From NCBI GenBank assembly GCA_910592345.1, contig CAJVPI010000021.1:1-64000 (forward strand): a stretch of 64,000 nt of DNA. Reading direction: 5' to 3'. Position 1 is the stretch's first letter. Every line of letters starts with the position of its first letter. The notes below the pieces were generated by a model. It searched no databases, was not told the DNA's origin, and worked only from the letters and a program-made list of their open reading frames with translations. Source of the stretch: Paraglomus brasilianum. Its lineage: Eukaryota. The position numbers and the translations under genes were made by a program. Positions 14,071 through 26,531 of this stretch are shown here, piece by piece.

Positions 14071-14740
14071 CAGGGGGGGGGGGTAACCAAAAGTATTGCA
14101 CGGTTGAAATTTAATAAAATTGTTAATATTAATATGTAACGGCCTACGTAATTTTTATACCATATTTGCCTATATATTGGCCAAACGGATTTTTGCCTAT
14201 TGCTTTGATTAATCTGCTACAGATTGTAAAAGCTGGTTTTAAAAATATCGATTTTTCGCATAATACATCCTTTGTGGAGAATGTTTCACTGTTAACCTTC
14301 ATAAATTCTTTCTGACTTTCATCACATTCTTCCTCAACTGCAACCAGGCTTTCAAAACTGATAGACCCATCTTCCCAGATTATTCTTTTTTTCCCTAGTC
14401 TTCCACAGTCCAATGTCTTCTTTCTATAGAAATGCAAAATTTTTCTTATAAAGTGCTTGGCAAATTGGTTTTGTAGATATTTGTTTTTGATTTCAGTAGA
14501 AAAAATTTTGTTTATTTTAATTTTTGAGAACCATAGCCTTCAATATTTGTCTTATGGCTGTCATAAAGCATAGTCAAATGGTCATTTTTTAAAAGCTCAT
14601 AATTCATAAGCTGCAACACATCTTGTAACTGTTGTTCGATGACATTCCACAGCTTTTGCAATTTCTGCATTATTGTGGCCTAATTTTTAGTGGCAATAAT
14701 GCTTCTCTTTGTCTAGAGGTTAATTAAATACATCTATGAA
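14071..14740 (-). mobile_element. Tc1/mariner-like transposon remnant (HTH region plus one TIR-like end)
   Basis: Minus strand encodes LGHNNAEIAKAVECHRTTVTRC (HTH), YRKKT and RIIWEDGSISFES (resembling WSDES.FE), all frame-broken. A Tc1-type terminus cagggg...taaccaaaagtattgcacgg lies at 14071-14103. Confidence 0.6.
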
Positions 14741-14764
14741 TTATGGTTGAGAAATTACATTAAG

Positions 14765-15436
14765 CACAATATTAAATTCAATTCTCCAACGACATCTCAG
14801 GTCGAGGTGCTCATCCCAATTCATACTATAATAAACCAGTGGAGTTGCTAGTGTCGTAGTTATTCCTGGATTTTGGTTCTGGGGAAAAGGGTTGGCCAGC
14901 AATTCGGCATCGGTCATGTATTCCCGAATAAAGCTGATTTAGATAAAGCGTGACTACGATCTGGATCTCTGTCATAGAAAACCTAAGTGGATTCAAACTA
15001 ATAAGCAAAACTTTACATTGTTTCTTTCAGAAAAAAATTAATACAATTACCTCTATCCATACGTTTGGTGGCGGGCACCCGTTTGCAATGGGTCTTGAAC
15101 TTTGTGCAAATGTTGGGGTCCGAAACCAAATGCCAAACGTCAGGTTGCCTCCCATCACACATATCATATCAATATTTACAGCCCAACTTGACATAGCCGA
15201 ATGTGCCAAATTGAAATGGATTTTAGCCTTATTATTATGTTGACGAAACTCACTTTGATAAACAATTATCTCGCCGTCATATCTTTCGTGTATCGCTTCA
15301 CGGATATTGACATTATCCACGTTGACAATATCTTGCTTGTCAATATAGTAAAGATCTATTGTATTGTGGCCATTAGTCATACTTCTGACATTATTATAAA
15401 CACTACTCAATACCATGTTAATAAACACTATTTAAG
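14765..15436 (-). pseudogene. Uma2-like PD-(D/E)XK nuclease-fold gene, degraded (right arm of the inverted duplication)
   Basis: ATG at 15416: MVLSSVYNNVRSMTNG...GIWFRTPTFAQSSRPIANGCPPPNVWIEV | FYDRDPDRSHALSKIS. The P.PNVWIEV motif resembles Uma2-type endonucleases. The 3' part is frame-broken. Confidence 0.5.
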
Positions 15437-15861
15437 TACCAATTAATATTAATTTGAGTTTTCGAGTTGGACCCTTATTTTCTGTGCTCCATATTAATTT
15501 GAGTGCCATAATAATTTTACAGCTGTGCTACTAAAACTAATCATAACTTTCCAGCCATTTTTATTTTGAATTCAGGTGACACTTTGTGCAGCAAGTGTCC
15601 ATATCACGTGATCATACACGACATAGTCCAAGCCTTATAGTATTGTAAAGAAGACTATTAATTAATACAATGAGTAGTCAATTCAAATAGAAACATAATC
15701 TGGAAGACGAAACAACAATCTGCATTTTGGAAATAATCGTCCATCTATCTTAAAAGAGAAAACAAATCATTCGTGTCTCTTTATTTTCTAAAAATTTCTC
15801 ACCAATGATATAAGTTTATTAAATCTGACCGCCTGAAAATTTTACCTCGTATACTGTTGGG

Positions 15862-17402
15862 ATGTTTCTTTTTAGAGGACTTCACACCACTTCACTATCA
15901 GTCTACCGTATCTCTTATCAGAGACTATGTCTAACGCGAAGGGTAAGATAGAATATGTTGTATATGATCGATTACTCCCCTTGGAAAAGTAACTTGCTCT
16001 AACTGCTCATGATTCTTTAGTGCAACTATTCCTCGCATAGTTCTTCAGAGACCTCTTTTACCCCATCGATATTCTCTGGGATTCAACCAACCGGCATGCC
16101 TCATATTGGAAACTATCTCGGCACACTTAAACAGTGGGTTGCGTTGCAGAAAGATGTATCCGTATCATCAGATAGGATCCTGTATTGCATAGTTGATTTA
16201 CATGCATTGACAATTCCCCAAGATCCCGTCAAATTGTTTCATAATAAGAGAGAGATGGCAGTAATATTGATGGCATGTGGAATTGACCCAAAAAGAAGTG
16301 TGATCTTTGTGCAGTCAAAAGTAAGTTCTGGGGATATGCGAGCTGAGTAATCGGTACAAGTATAATCAAACGTTTATTTGTGAATAGGTCACGACACATA
16401 CAGAATTATATTGGGTATTGAATTGTATTGCTCCAGTCGGCCAGCTATCAAGGATGACTCAATGGAAGGTAGTCCATGTCACTTGCGTGATCTGAACGTT
16501 ATCTTTACTGAGCTAACAACGCTTTCTCTGCCTCATGCACGTAGGCAAAAATCGCTCAGCACAAGAATATACAATCGATAGAAGATATAGGCGTATCATC
16601 TGGATTATGCCTAGGACTATTAGCATACCCCATACTACAAGCGGCTGACGTATTACTATATAAGTAAGTATATATCATAGTGATAATTACGGGCGACTGT
16701 TCGAAAGTTGGAAAAACCACCGTCTCTATCACAGAGCAACACAAGTTCCGGTTGGGGATGACCAGGTCCCACACATAGAGTTGGCAAGAGACATTGCACA
16801 CAAGTTCAACAATCAGTTTGAGGAAATATTTCCGTTACCACAACTTCTATTTAGTAAGTGAGAATATTAGTACTTTATAGCATCCGATATGCTCACCAGA
16901 TTAACACGTATTTATATATTTATGGCCACTCCTGCGGAATTCTCACGACAAAGCACCTGCAAAAAGGATACTGTCGCTTCGCCATCCAACCCAAAAAATG
17001 TCTAAATCAGATCCATCAGACTCTGCTCGTATTAATTTGAATGACTCTCCTACTTTGATCGCGTCTAAAATCAAAAAAAGTACAACTGATTCCATCAGAG
17101 GGATCACTTACGACCCTGAGTTACGCCCTGCAATATCCAATTTAGTGACCATATACTCGGCAATTACTAATTTGCCAGTAGAGCAAGTAGTCGAAGAATA
17201 TAAAAACAGTGATATAAGTACATTCAAGACCGTTGTAGCGGATGCATTAATCCACGAGCTTCATCCGATACAGAAGACATACGAGAGACTAAAGAGCGAG
17301 AAGAATTATGTCGAGCAAGTACTAGAGGACGGTGCCCACCGGGCTAATGAAATTGCCCAGGGCACCATCAAGCAGGTGTATAAGATAATTGGACTAGGAT
17401 AA
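15862..17402 (+). CDS. MSW1: Mitochondrial tryptophanyl-tRNA synthetase, multi-exon
   Basis: [18 protein letters not shown] (HIGH-like), [35 protein letters not shown]. Exon 1 (15862-15942) encodes an Arg/Ser/Leu-rich presequence with no acidic residues. Confidence 0.95.
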
Positions 17403-18054
17403 CTTTACAAACGATCACATAAAAAATCAGTAGCTTTCTGCTTCACACGTGAATGAACTACAGAAAATGTCGCCAATCCATGTCGCCAATCCATTCTAAC
17501 TTGGCTTATTATCCAAAATTGGCCTATGCTGCGAGGTCCGTCCTATAATCGTTTCAGCGATTGTCAGATAACATTAGAATCGAGTCTGATCGCCCATATT
17601 GAGCGTGAAGTCTCTATATCATCCAAAACAAATGGTTGGTATATGTGCTGAATTTCGCATCGTTTCGCCCTCTCAAAATACTCCGACAAAAACTTTATGT
17701 TCGACCCCGAAAGTCAAATTTCCACGAATGCAACTAAACTTAGCGCAAGGAGCAACAATGTTGTTTTGGCTTGACGTTGTCCTGGATAAATCTACAAGTG
17801 TTAAAACAGCCTCCTTCCCCCGCTAATCAACGATATCGTTACTAATTCCATCAGAAACATTGTGGAGTTTTCTCGCCGCGTCGGAAGTTTCAAAATCAGC
17901 CCTGGTTACGCATAAGATGACGTAATCGATAATTCTATTGGTTAGGAGTTTGACGTCGAAAAATTGGTGAACGATTTATAAACTGATATCCCAACCTGCA
18001 CTTTAATACTTCTCATAGGAGAGGTTCTCTTAGTATGCGAGTTATAAGAACAGA

Positions 18055-20375
18055 ATGACTGCATCGCATTGTCCCGGAATAGAGGCAAGCTTTCTAGACT
18101 TACATGCAAAACTTTTGACTAAAATGTGCAAATCAATTAGGCTGACTTCCAGACTTTCTCTGCTCAACCTGCCGGGCATTGAAAATTCGACAGGTTTTAA
18201 TAGTCATTGATTTCGAAGCTACCTGCGACGAAAATCCAAACCCCCAGGCCTTGCAGGTTACCAAGGTATTTATCTAAGGAAGATTCTCTGTCGCATATCT
18301 GTCAGGGTACTCTTGTTTTGGGTTTCGGTACTGGGCGTGTTCTCGAACCGAATCCTGATTATCTTTTGTTCTGCTTCTTAACGAGAGGTTTTTGATGTAT
18401 CTCTAACGAGAAAACATATGACTGGATTTTGCTTGTAAATCGCTTTCGCTTGTACAACAATTAGGAGACGGCAGAAATTATAGAGTTTGCTTGGGTTGTC
18501 GTCGATACTAGTACATTGGAAGTGGTTCGTATAAGTAATATGCTTCCGTGTTTATAATACTATCTTATATCCTGGTTGTTAGAAACCGAGCTAAACTTGA
18601 AATCACGCATGCCGGATTGTGGCTGCGAATGAACGCGTATATGAGGATTTTTTGTGCCAACGCGTTGACTAGGATGCTCATCCAACGATTGCTCTACCTT
18701 GTAGGTGTATCAGCATTCACAATATGTCAAACCAGAAAATACTACTTTGACACCCTTTTGCACGCAGCTTACAAATATTACGTGGGATAAACTTGAGAAT
18801 GCGGGAACTCTGAAAGACGCGATAATTGCTTTGGATAACTACATCCAGTCTTATATTATTTCTCAGGGGAAAAACTTCTGCTTTTGTACACATGGGGCTT
18901 GGGATTTAAGAATTCAATTACCTCGAGAAGCACGTGATAAACACATAGAGCTGCCGCCTTACTTAGCTCATTGTCGAATGTTCGACCTGAAACAAGAATA
19001 TCAAAGATGGCAAGTACATCATCCAGATGTCGTATTAAAAAGCCAGTCTTTGGGTGAGATGTGTGGATCGTTTGATCTGCAAATAGTGGGTCCACAACAC
19101 TCTGGGCTTAACGATTCTCTTACAATGGTCAACATTATCCGATATTTCTGTTCTTTCGGTCACCACGATGTCTTTGTAAATCCTATCGACACAAATGCAG
19201 ATTTAAACCAATTTAAAAAAGAACAATCGAAGGTAATCCATTTGGCAGGTTTACCACACGACGTGACTCAGCATGAATTGGAGGCTTGGTTTTCGGGTCA
19301 AGGGGTCCGACCCACTACTTTATGGATGATTCGAACTCCGGACCATCAGAAACCAAGCGGCACAGGGTTTGGGATTTTTGCAACTCATGAAGACGCTATG
19401 GCCTGTTTGGAAATGAACGGAAGAACGCTCGGGGATAGAGCGATCGAAGTAAGTCCAAGCAGCGAGCGTGTGATTGAGGTTGCTGGTACGATTTTGGCAC
19501 CATTTCCGGTAGGTTCTTGCGAGTAATATTGAAACATTCCAAAGTAGCAACTTTATATAAGTTTGAGTTTTAGATTATAACACTTCAACCATTATTACCA
19601 TAAACTTAATTTAAGGATAGGAATACTGATAAGTTTTTATATTATGTACCTAAATTTTGGATGATACGGGTTGTAGACGACAAAAAATCGTGTTCGTCCG
19701 GGTGATTGGGTTTGTCCTGCGTGTCAATTCCACAATTTCGCTTCACGTCGGAGTTGCTTTAAATGCAATATAATTAACCCCAATCCATCTGTGGTGCAAG
19801 CGACACCGCCAAATTTCACAATAGGTGACTGGATGTGTCCAAATCCCATGTGCAATTTTCATAATTATGCATCTCGAACACATTGTTTGAAATGCTGTAC
19901 TTATAAACCACACAATATGTACACACATCCTTCGTCAAACGTACCGTTTCGCCCTGGTGATTGGATGTGTCCGAATCCCAGCTGCCTTTTCCAGAACTTT
20001 GCTTCCAGGACTCATTGTATGAAATGTGGTACTGCGAATATGGGATATGATGCTTATGGAAATCCAACCGGGGATCAAGGAGGATACGGAGCGAGCGCAG
20101 GACATATGCCAACAGCACCAGCAGCAGCACCGTTTCGTCCGGGTGATTGGTATTGCCCGTCGTGCAACTCTCATAATTTCGCGTCACGGTTTCAGTGTCT
20201 CAGGTGCAATCTGTCGAAACCTCCACAAGTTGCGAGTAACGCCGCCAATACTGCAAATATGAAGCCTGGTGACTGGTTATGTCGGGGCGAAATGTGTGGA
20301 TATCATAATTTTGCGAAGAGAACTCATTGTGCTAAATGCGGTATGCCCAATAGCAGTGCCGAGAATGGATATTGA
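18055..20375 (+). CDS. Nrp1/Dri1-like RNA-binding protein: ERI1-type DEDDh 3'-5' exonuclease + RRM + five RanBP2-type zinc fingers
   Basis: MTASHCPGIE|VLIVIDFEATCDENP...|ETAEIIEFAWVVVD|...YVKP...LTPFCTQLTNI...THGAWDL...PQHSGLNDS; RRM VIHLAGLP...SGTGFGIF; five GDW.C..C...NF/YA.R..C..C units from ~19696 to 20345. The start depends on a GC-AG first intron (18085-18193). Confidence 0.88.
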
Positions 20376-20734
20376 GGTTAGGCATACGAAAGTGCACCAC
20401 CAGACACTTTGTAATGGTAGGGTGCGACACAAAGTGATGTTGGCCGATGCGGATGACTACGTGTTCCGCCAAGTGCACTCCGATCTCTCGGATATTATTT
20501 GAACCCCGTTAGAATAAAAGAGATCATGGCTCACTTCTCTTATTTCTTTCATTCATTTCTTTTTGCGTACTTTTTGCGGGGTTTGGGAAAAGTCGATTGA
20601 AAATAAAAAAATCGAAAAATTAATTAATTTCAATTTCGGTATTTTGTTGGCTATTATTCAGATTTATAATAATAATAAGGGGGCTCTCTCAATAGTTCCT
20701 ACTATCGTAAGTAAAACATCTCCTGGGGAAAAGT

Positions 20735-21124
20735 GTGATCTATTCATGTGCTTTGGGTTATATTTCTTTTCCGGTAGAGTTTGTGTCGGAGCAGGTTTTT
20801 AAAGAATTAAAGAGTGACCTTAGCATCTTCCATTACACAGCTGCTGTTCACAAGGAGCTTGTGCCAGGCTCCTTCTTTTCGCCTTTCCGACGATATTTAA
20901 TCGGTAAGAAAGTTGCAATAGTAAATATATTGAAAGAGAGTGATAATCATACGAGCAAAAAAGCATTAAATAAAATATGGCGAAACAGAAAGAACATAAA
21001 AGCATGGAATTTAATGAGAACAGAACAAAAAAACCCCCGCTCTTCTTATAAAAGAGTTATGCAAAAGAGAACACTAATTTTCTCCCGAGAAACGGTAAAA
21101 CTGGTGCTAATGAGGAATCGATGA
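20735..21124 (+). pseudogene. Degenerate hypothetical ORF fragment
   Basis: 129-aa open frame (KELKSDLSIFHYTAAVHKELVPGSFFSPFRRYL) without a good start; downstream continuation is broken. No family recognised. Confidence 0.25.
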
Positions 21125-22869
21125 GCATTAATTCTCGTGGATGTCAATACTCCAAACAGTCTTATTTACATGTAATATTAATATGATTTTTTTTATCAAA
21201 CTTATTTAATGATAAAAGGAAACCTTTTCCCAGAGTTTGAAAGAGTTTCGAGAAAGAAGGCGTAGACGTAGCTACTTCTAGTACAGACGGTAATAAAAAG
21301 TTAGAAAACAAGTGAGAGTTTTAAGGAAAGACCCTGATAAGACTAACCTAAAATATGCATGCACTAATTAAAAGTGCACCCTTTCTTTCCCGTCCTGTAG
21401 AACTACTACAATGCTTAAAAGAAGACTTAATTAGTGGATTGGTTACTATGCTAATAGCAGGAAAGACCCACATTATAATTAATTTATCTATTTGTTATTT
21501 CCTATTTCCCTGCTGCTAGCAACTTATGATCGAAGAGAGAAGCTATACCACTGATTTAATTCCTAACAGTATTACTTCGATCGTCAATTGGAACCGTTTT
21601 CGAATTTTGCTTTGAACGGGTGTATTTTAATTTCTGGGTAGACATGAATAATATATATTTTACTGATCACAGTGTTTTATTTGATATGAATGTTTGACAT
21701 CCGAATTGTATACGTGAATGGCACATGAACTTGTCAGCTTTTCAACACATCCTTTGACGATGGAATCTTTACATAATAATCGCGTCTACTATTTTCATCA
21801 GTCGTGCAAGTACGGCTCAATTTCCTTGTACGCTGTCATGACTCGATTTCATTGTATGCTTTTCGTTATGACTTAATTCATCGTAGCTTCCTAAAAATTT
21901 TTAAATTGTCATAATCAATTAACTCACCACTAAATAAAGGCTTTGTAATAGGATTATTTTTAATCTTTCTGTTTCTATGAGCAGTCATATTTTCATCTAC
22001 GGAATCGATGACGTATCATTTTCACATGTAATGTATATTCATTGCCACGAATTATATATTTATTTATTTTTGTATACCAACTATTGCATTATATGTAAAT
22101 TTTCACTTTATTTGCACAAATATTAGTATGTGTTTATTTTTATAAGATTATAAAAGAAATGGGCATAGTAATAGATTGAATAATCTGGAAAGATCAAATG
22201 TTCAAGACAAAGAAGGTCAGTCATTGAATAGTTAAACATCTGAAAACTGAAGAATAAGAGTGGAGTATTCTCCTGATTTTATAGAAACTGCATAATGACT
22301 AAAGACAAGACCTAAAAAAGCATCAAATGTAAGTCCAAAGTTATTGCAAGATTCTTATTATTATAAAATGGCTGAAGAATTAGAATTAAAGATAAAATGC
22401 TTGAAAATTAAAGGTGATAATAGAAATAAGGCAATAATAAATTATAGTAAAATCAGTGGTAAGGATTACCAAAGCGCAAGAGATAAAGAGGTTAGAAATT
22501 GCAGCATGAAAACAAAAAGATGCCGAATGGAAATATAGATACTCATTTGAAAGCCTTAGTATTATTAGGAATTTCCGCAAAGGTAAATTTCTCAATCAAT
22601 GGCTCATATTAGAAAGCACGTAGTCCATATTTATTCGGGTGAAGAAGATGGCATCGTTGCTCCTCTTGTCGATACTTTTGTTGTGGAACTTATATTTCTG
22701 GTTTGGTTTTGAACATCGTCTTGTTCTCTTAGACCATTGGCTCCGAGCACCGTGACACAAATAGAACAGCCACTATATTGTGGGATGTTCATTCATTTTC
22801 CCAGAAACAACTATTTAATTCGTCTGGTGCGGAATTGGCCAGATCTTTACGCGCGCCGTCACAGTTTCA

Positions 22870-25800
22870 ATGCAATCACAGTGTACTATTCCTTTATCTC
22901 AGCAGGTGCGAATCTTTGTAATCAGATTGCTGCATAAAGGCTACGTGTTAACTTTGTACGATTGCTTCATTTTCGTCAGTTCACCGCGGTGTTGGCAGAG
23001 ACTTCTTTATTGTTACAGTCTTCAAAACTTCCTTCAGTCGCTACCCGTAATAAAAAACAGCCTATTCCTTTAGTTTCTGCTACAAGATCTGTGATTAAGG
23101 TAAATCTTGGAATCGAATCTGTTCTGATTCGATCCGGTGTAGCCTCTAAACTTTCAAACCGTTGTATTTATTACACTCAAGCAGGAACTACCAGAGTGCA
23201 TTCGCCAGGCTAAAAGGCTTTATTCGCTACCATTTATAACCATAGAGGATGCAAAGGACGTGTTGAAGCAAAGTCCATCGTTACAGCACTGTAATGTCGA
23301 GGATATAATATCACGAGTATCAGGTATTCTTTATTAGCCAGGTTATTGAATTTTTTCGTTATTAAATGACATTAACCAATAAATTACTACTTGTAGGAAA
23401 TTATTCGTCATTGGCACCAGTTTTCACAAAGAGAAATTTATCAATATTTAGGAACGCAACAAGGCTACGGCTGTTCGTTAATAATAATGAAAACGGTTAC
23501 TATCTAATGCGATTTTATAATATTATTTGTTTTCTGATCACTCAGCTTATTGTTCTTTACCTCCAACAGTATCGAATTTTAGTCGGATTTTAGACCGAAG
23601 ATCTTACGTAACCAGTAGTAGTGCATATCGAATTACTAGTTATCGAAGACTGCCGCAATTAGAGGCGGAAGCAAATGCGTATCCGAACGATGCCGCAAAA
23701 CAAGCTGAATTCTACAAGGTGACGTGAACTCATTTTCAACTTGATAATGCCACAATGATTACTGATGACAGTCTTATGAATACATCTTGGTATTAGGAGT
23801 CATTGCGAGCAAATAATCCTCATGCAGTCATAAGCAGGTTTGAGCGCGGAAAGTATGCTGAAGATGAAGAATGCTTCCAAGCGTATGTGACTGCGCTGGC
23901 TCGAACAGATCAAGCTGACAAGATACTACCAAAATTTCTCCAGAAACTCGAGCGAGCGAACGCGGTTGGAGGTTAATATATATTCAAAAGTCTTTTGATT
24001 AGTCTCGTAAATTTAATATTTATGACGTATATGTAAACAGGCAATAAAACAATCTCTGCGCCCGATTTAGTTCAGTCCATAGTTAATGGACAAGGAAAGA
24101 AGATCACAGTAAGTAACGGCGTTACCTCTACCACATCTGGTGCTAAAGACAATCCGATATATGTAGTTGTTGAAGAAGGTTGGTGGTTTCCCTTCTCATC
24201 CACTCTTTATCCCTGAACGCTTAACATAAAGCTAACGTATACTAGCCCGCGGATATATGTTTTGGCGCGCACTCCGGTGGATGGGCATTACATTCACGTA
24301 CGCTTTCTGCATCCTTACTTTCCTGAGCCTTGCTCTCGAAAACTCCGGCTTATTGAAAACAGGCGCATCTCAATCAGAATACGAGCCATCTTCTCAACAG
24401 GTGGTCAAATTCTCCGATGTTCATGGTGTTGACGAGGCAAAAGAGGAGCTTGAAGAACTGGTTGAGTTTTTAAAAGACCCTTCAAAATTTACTCATTTGG
24501 GTGGAAGATTGCCAAAGGGTGTGTTGCTGACAGGACCGCCTGGTACAGGAAAGACGCTGCTTGCGAGAGCAGTTGCTGGAGAAGCTGGAGTACCGTTCTT
24601 CTTCATGTCTGGGTCAGAGTTTGATGAAATGTATGTCGGTGTCGGCGCTCGACGAGTTCGTGAACTGTTTGGTAGGTCTACATGAATATGCAAATGGATA
24701 TATGCGCATGATAGATGAAAAATATAATCTAACGTTTATTGTAATAGCCGCTGCGAAGCGAAAGGCACCCAGTATAGTCTTTATTGATGAGCTAGATGCC
24801 ATAGGCTCAAAGCGAAACCCTAAAGACCAGATATACATGAAACAAACTTTAAATCAACTTCTGGTGGATCTGGATGGATTTTCACAAACAGAAGGGGTGA
24901 TCTTTATTGCAGCGACGAACTTTCCCGAATTACTTGATAAAGCTCTTGTTCGCCCGGGACGCTTTGACAGACACGTTGCAGTACCTTTACCTGACGTACG
25001 AGGACGTATGCAGATAATACGACATCATTTGAAGAACGTGCAAGTTGGAAGTGGTATGCATGGGACTGCCTACAGTCTTGTGTGATTGCAATGAAAACCA
25101 ATAATACATTATTCGCCGCTAATTTTGTACTCAATTGATCCAAACCCAAGATGTGGATATCAGCGTTATAGCAAGAGGCACTCCGGGATTCTCGGGCGCA
25201 GACTTGGCCAACCTCGTCAACCACGCCGCTATACAAGCATCGCGTGATGGTTGTCGGGAGGTATCAATGAAACATATGGAGTTTGCCAAAGATAAGATCC
25301 TCATGGGAGCTGAACGAAGGTCAGCCTATATAACGGAAGAAAGCAAAAAAGTGACTGCTTATCATGAGGGCGGGCATGCTCTTGTTGCATTATATACTCC
25401 CGGAGCCATGCCTTTGCATAAAGCAACGATAATGCCACGGGGAGCTTCTTTGGGAATGGTATGTGAGCTATATTTATATACTGAGTTTAGAAATAGTCAA
25501 GTTGTCTCAAAATAACAATCGACTTTTCCCAGACGATACAATTACCAGAAATGGATAAAGACTCATTCACAAAGAAAGAATATCTCGCCCAGCTCGATGT
25601 TTGCATGGGCGGAAGAGTGGCTGAAGAGTTAGTGTACGGGAAAGACAACGTGACATCGGGTGCACATAATGATATTGTGCAGGCTACAAAGATAGCCAAA
25701 CAAATGGTTACTCAATTTGGTATGAGTGATAAGGTATGTTACTTTAACTGACAATAGTTGATACGGAAACACCGGCATAAACACTATACTCTGTTAAAAT

Positions 25801-26131
25801 TCACAACGAAATAATTGCGATATTTCATTGTCTTGATAAGGTTGGTCCTGTTGCTCATCAAGATGAAGACATGTACCAACTTAGCGCCCAGACAAAACTT
25901 GTAATCGAAAGCGAGATAAGGTCACTGGTAGAGGTAAGATCGAGTCATTGCTGTTTTGGAAACGATTGATGGTATGCAATAACGTGTTGTCGTTTTCTAC
26001 AGAGTGCCCAACAACGTGCAGCAAACGTCCTTAAAACGCACAAAGACGAACTTCAACGCTTAGCCGAGGCTTTGGTAATTCACGAGACGCTCACTCAGGA
26101 AGAAATTGAGCTCGCCATTAAAGGAAAATGA
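22870..26131 (+). CDS. YME1: Mitochondrial i-AAA protease (FtsH family), multi-exon
   Basis: [18 protein letters not shown], Walker A GPPGTGKT, Walker [21 protein letters not shown], zinc motif [17 protein letters not shown]. 5' exons from ATG 22870 join by GT-AG introns; stop TGA at 26129-26131. Confidence 0.95.
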
Positions 26132-26531
26132 CGCGATAATCAGACTGTGACAGGATGTATATAGATATTTATTCCGATAATGCGAACTCCTGTTTACAAA
26201 CGCGTTACCCGAGCTCGCATTATTGATTTAATTAGTCACTCATTGTCTTTCATATCCTTGCCGATTCGTATACTTTTTACATTACACTCAAAGACTGGAC
26301 AATGGTTATAAAACTGGAAACAAGGAAAAATTCGGCAGTGTTGTAGGCTCTCCTAGAATCCGGTTGTGTAGCGGAGACCTCTTAGATTATTTGATCTGAC
26401 TTGGTATGTTCGATGATAAGCTAGCAGGCTGCCTCAGCCATTATCGTTCTAATACAAATATCAGATTTAAACTCGATGGCATTATGAACAATATTAGAAG
26501 TAGCCATTGACTCTTTGCTATTGCGTTGTAT

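Noticed and set aside
19696..20345. Link between the five RanBP2 fingers and the five intronic loops
   Set aside because: The matching count is likely coincidence. RanBP2-type fingers typically bind GGU, which the loops lack, and the loci are 40 kb apart.
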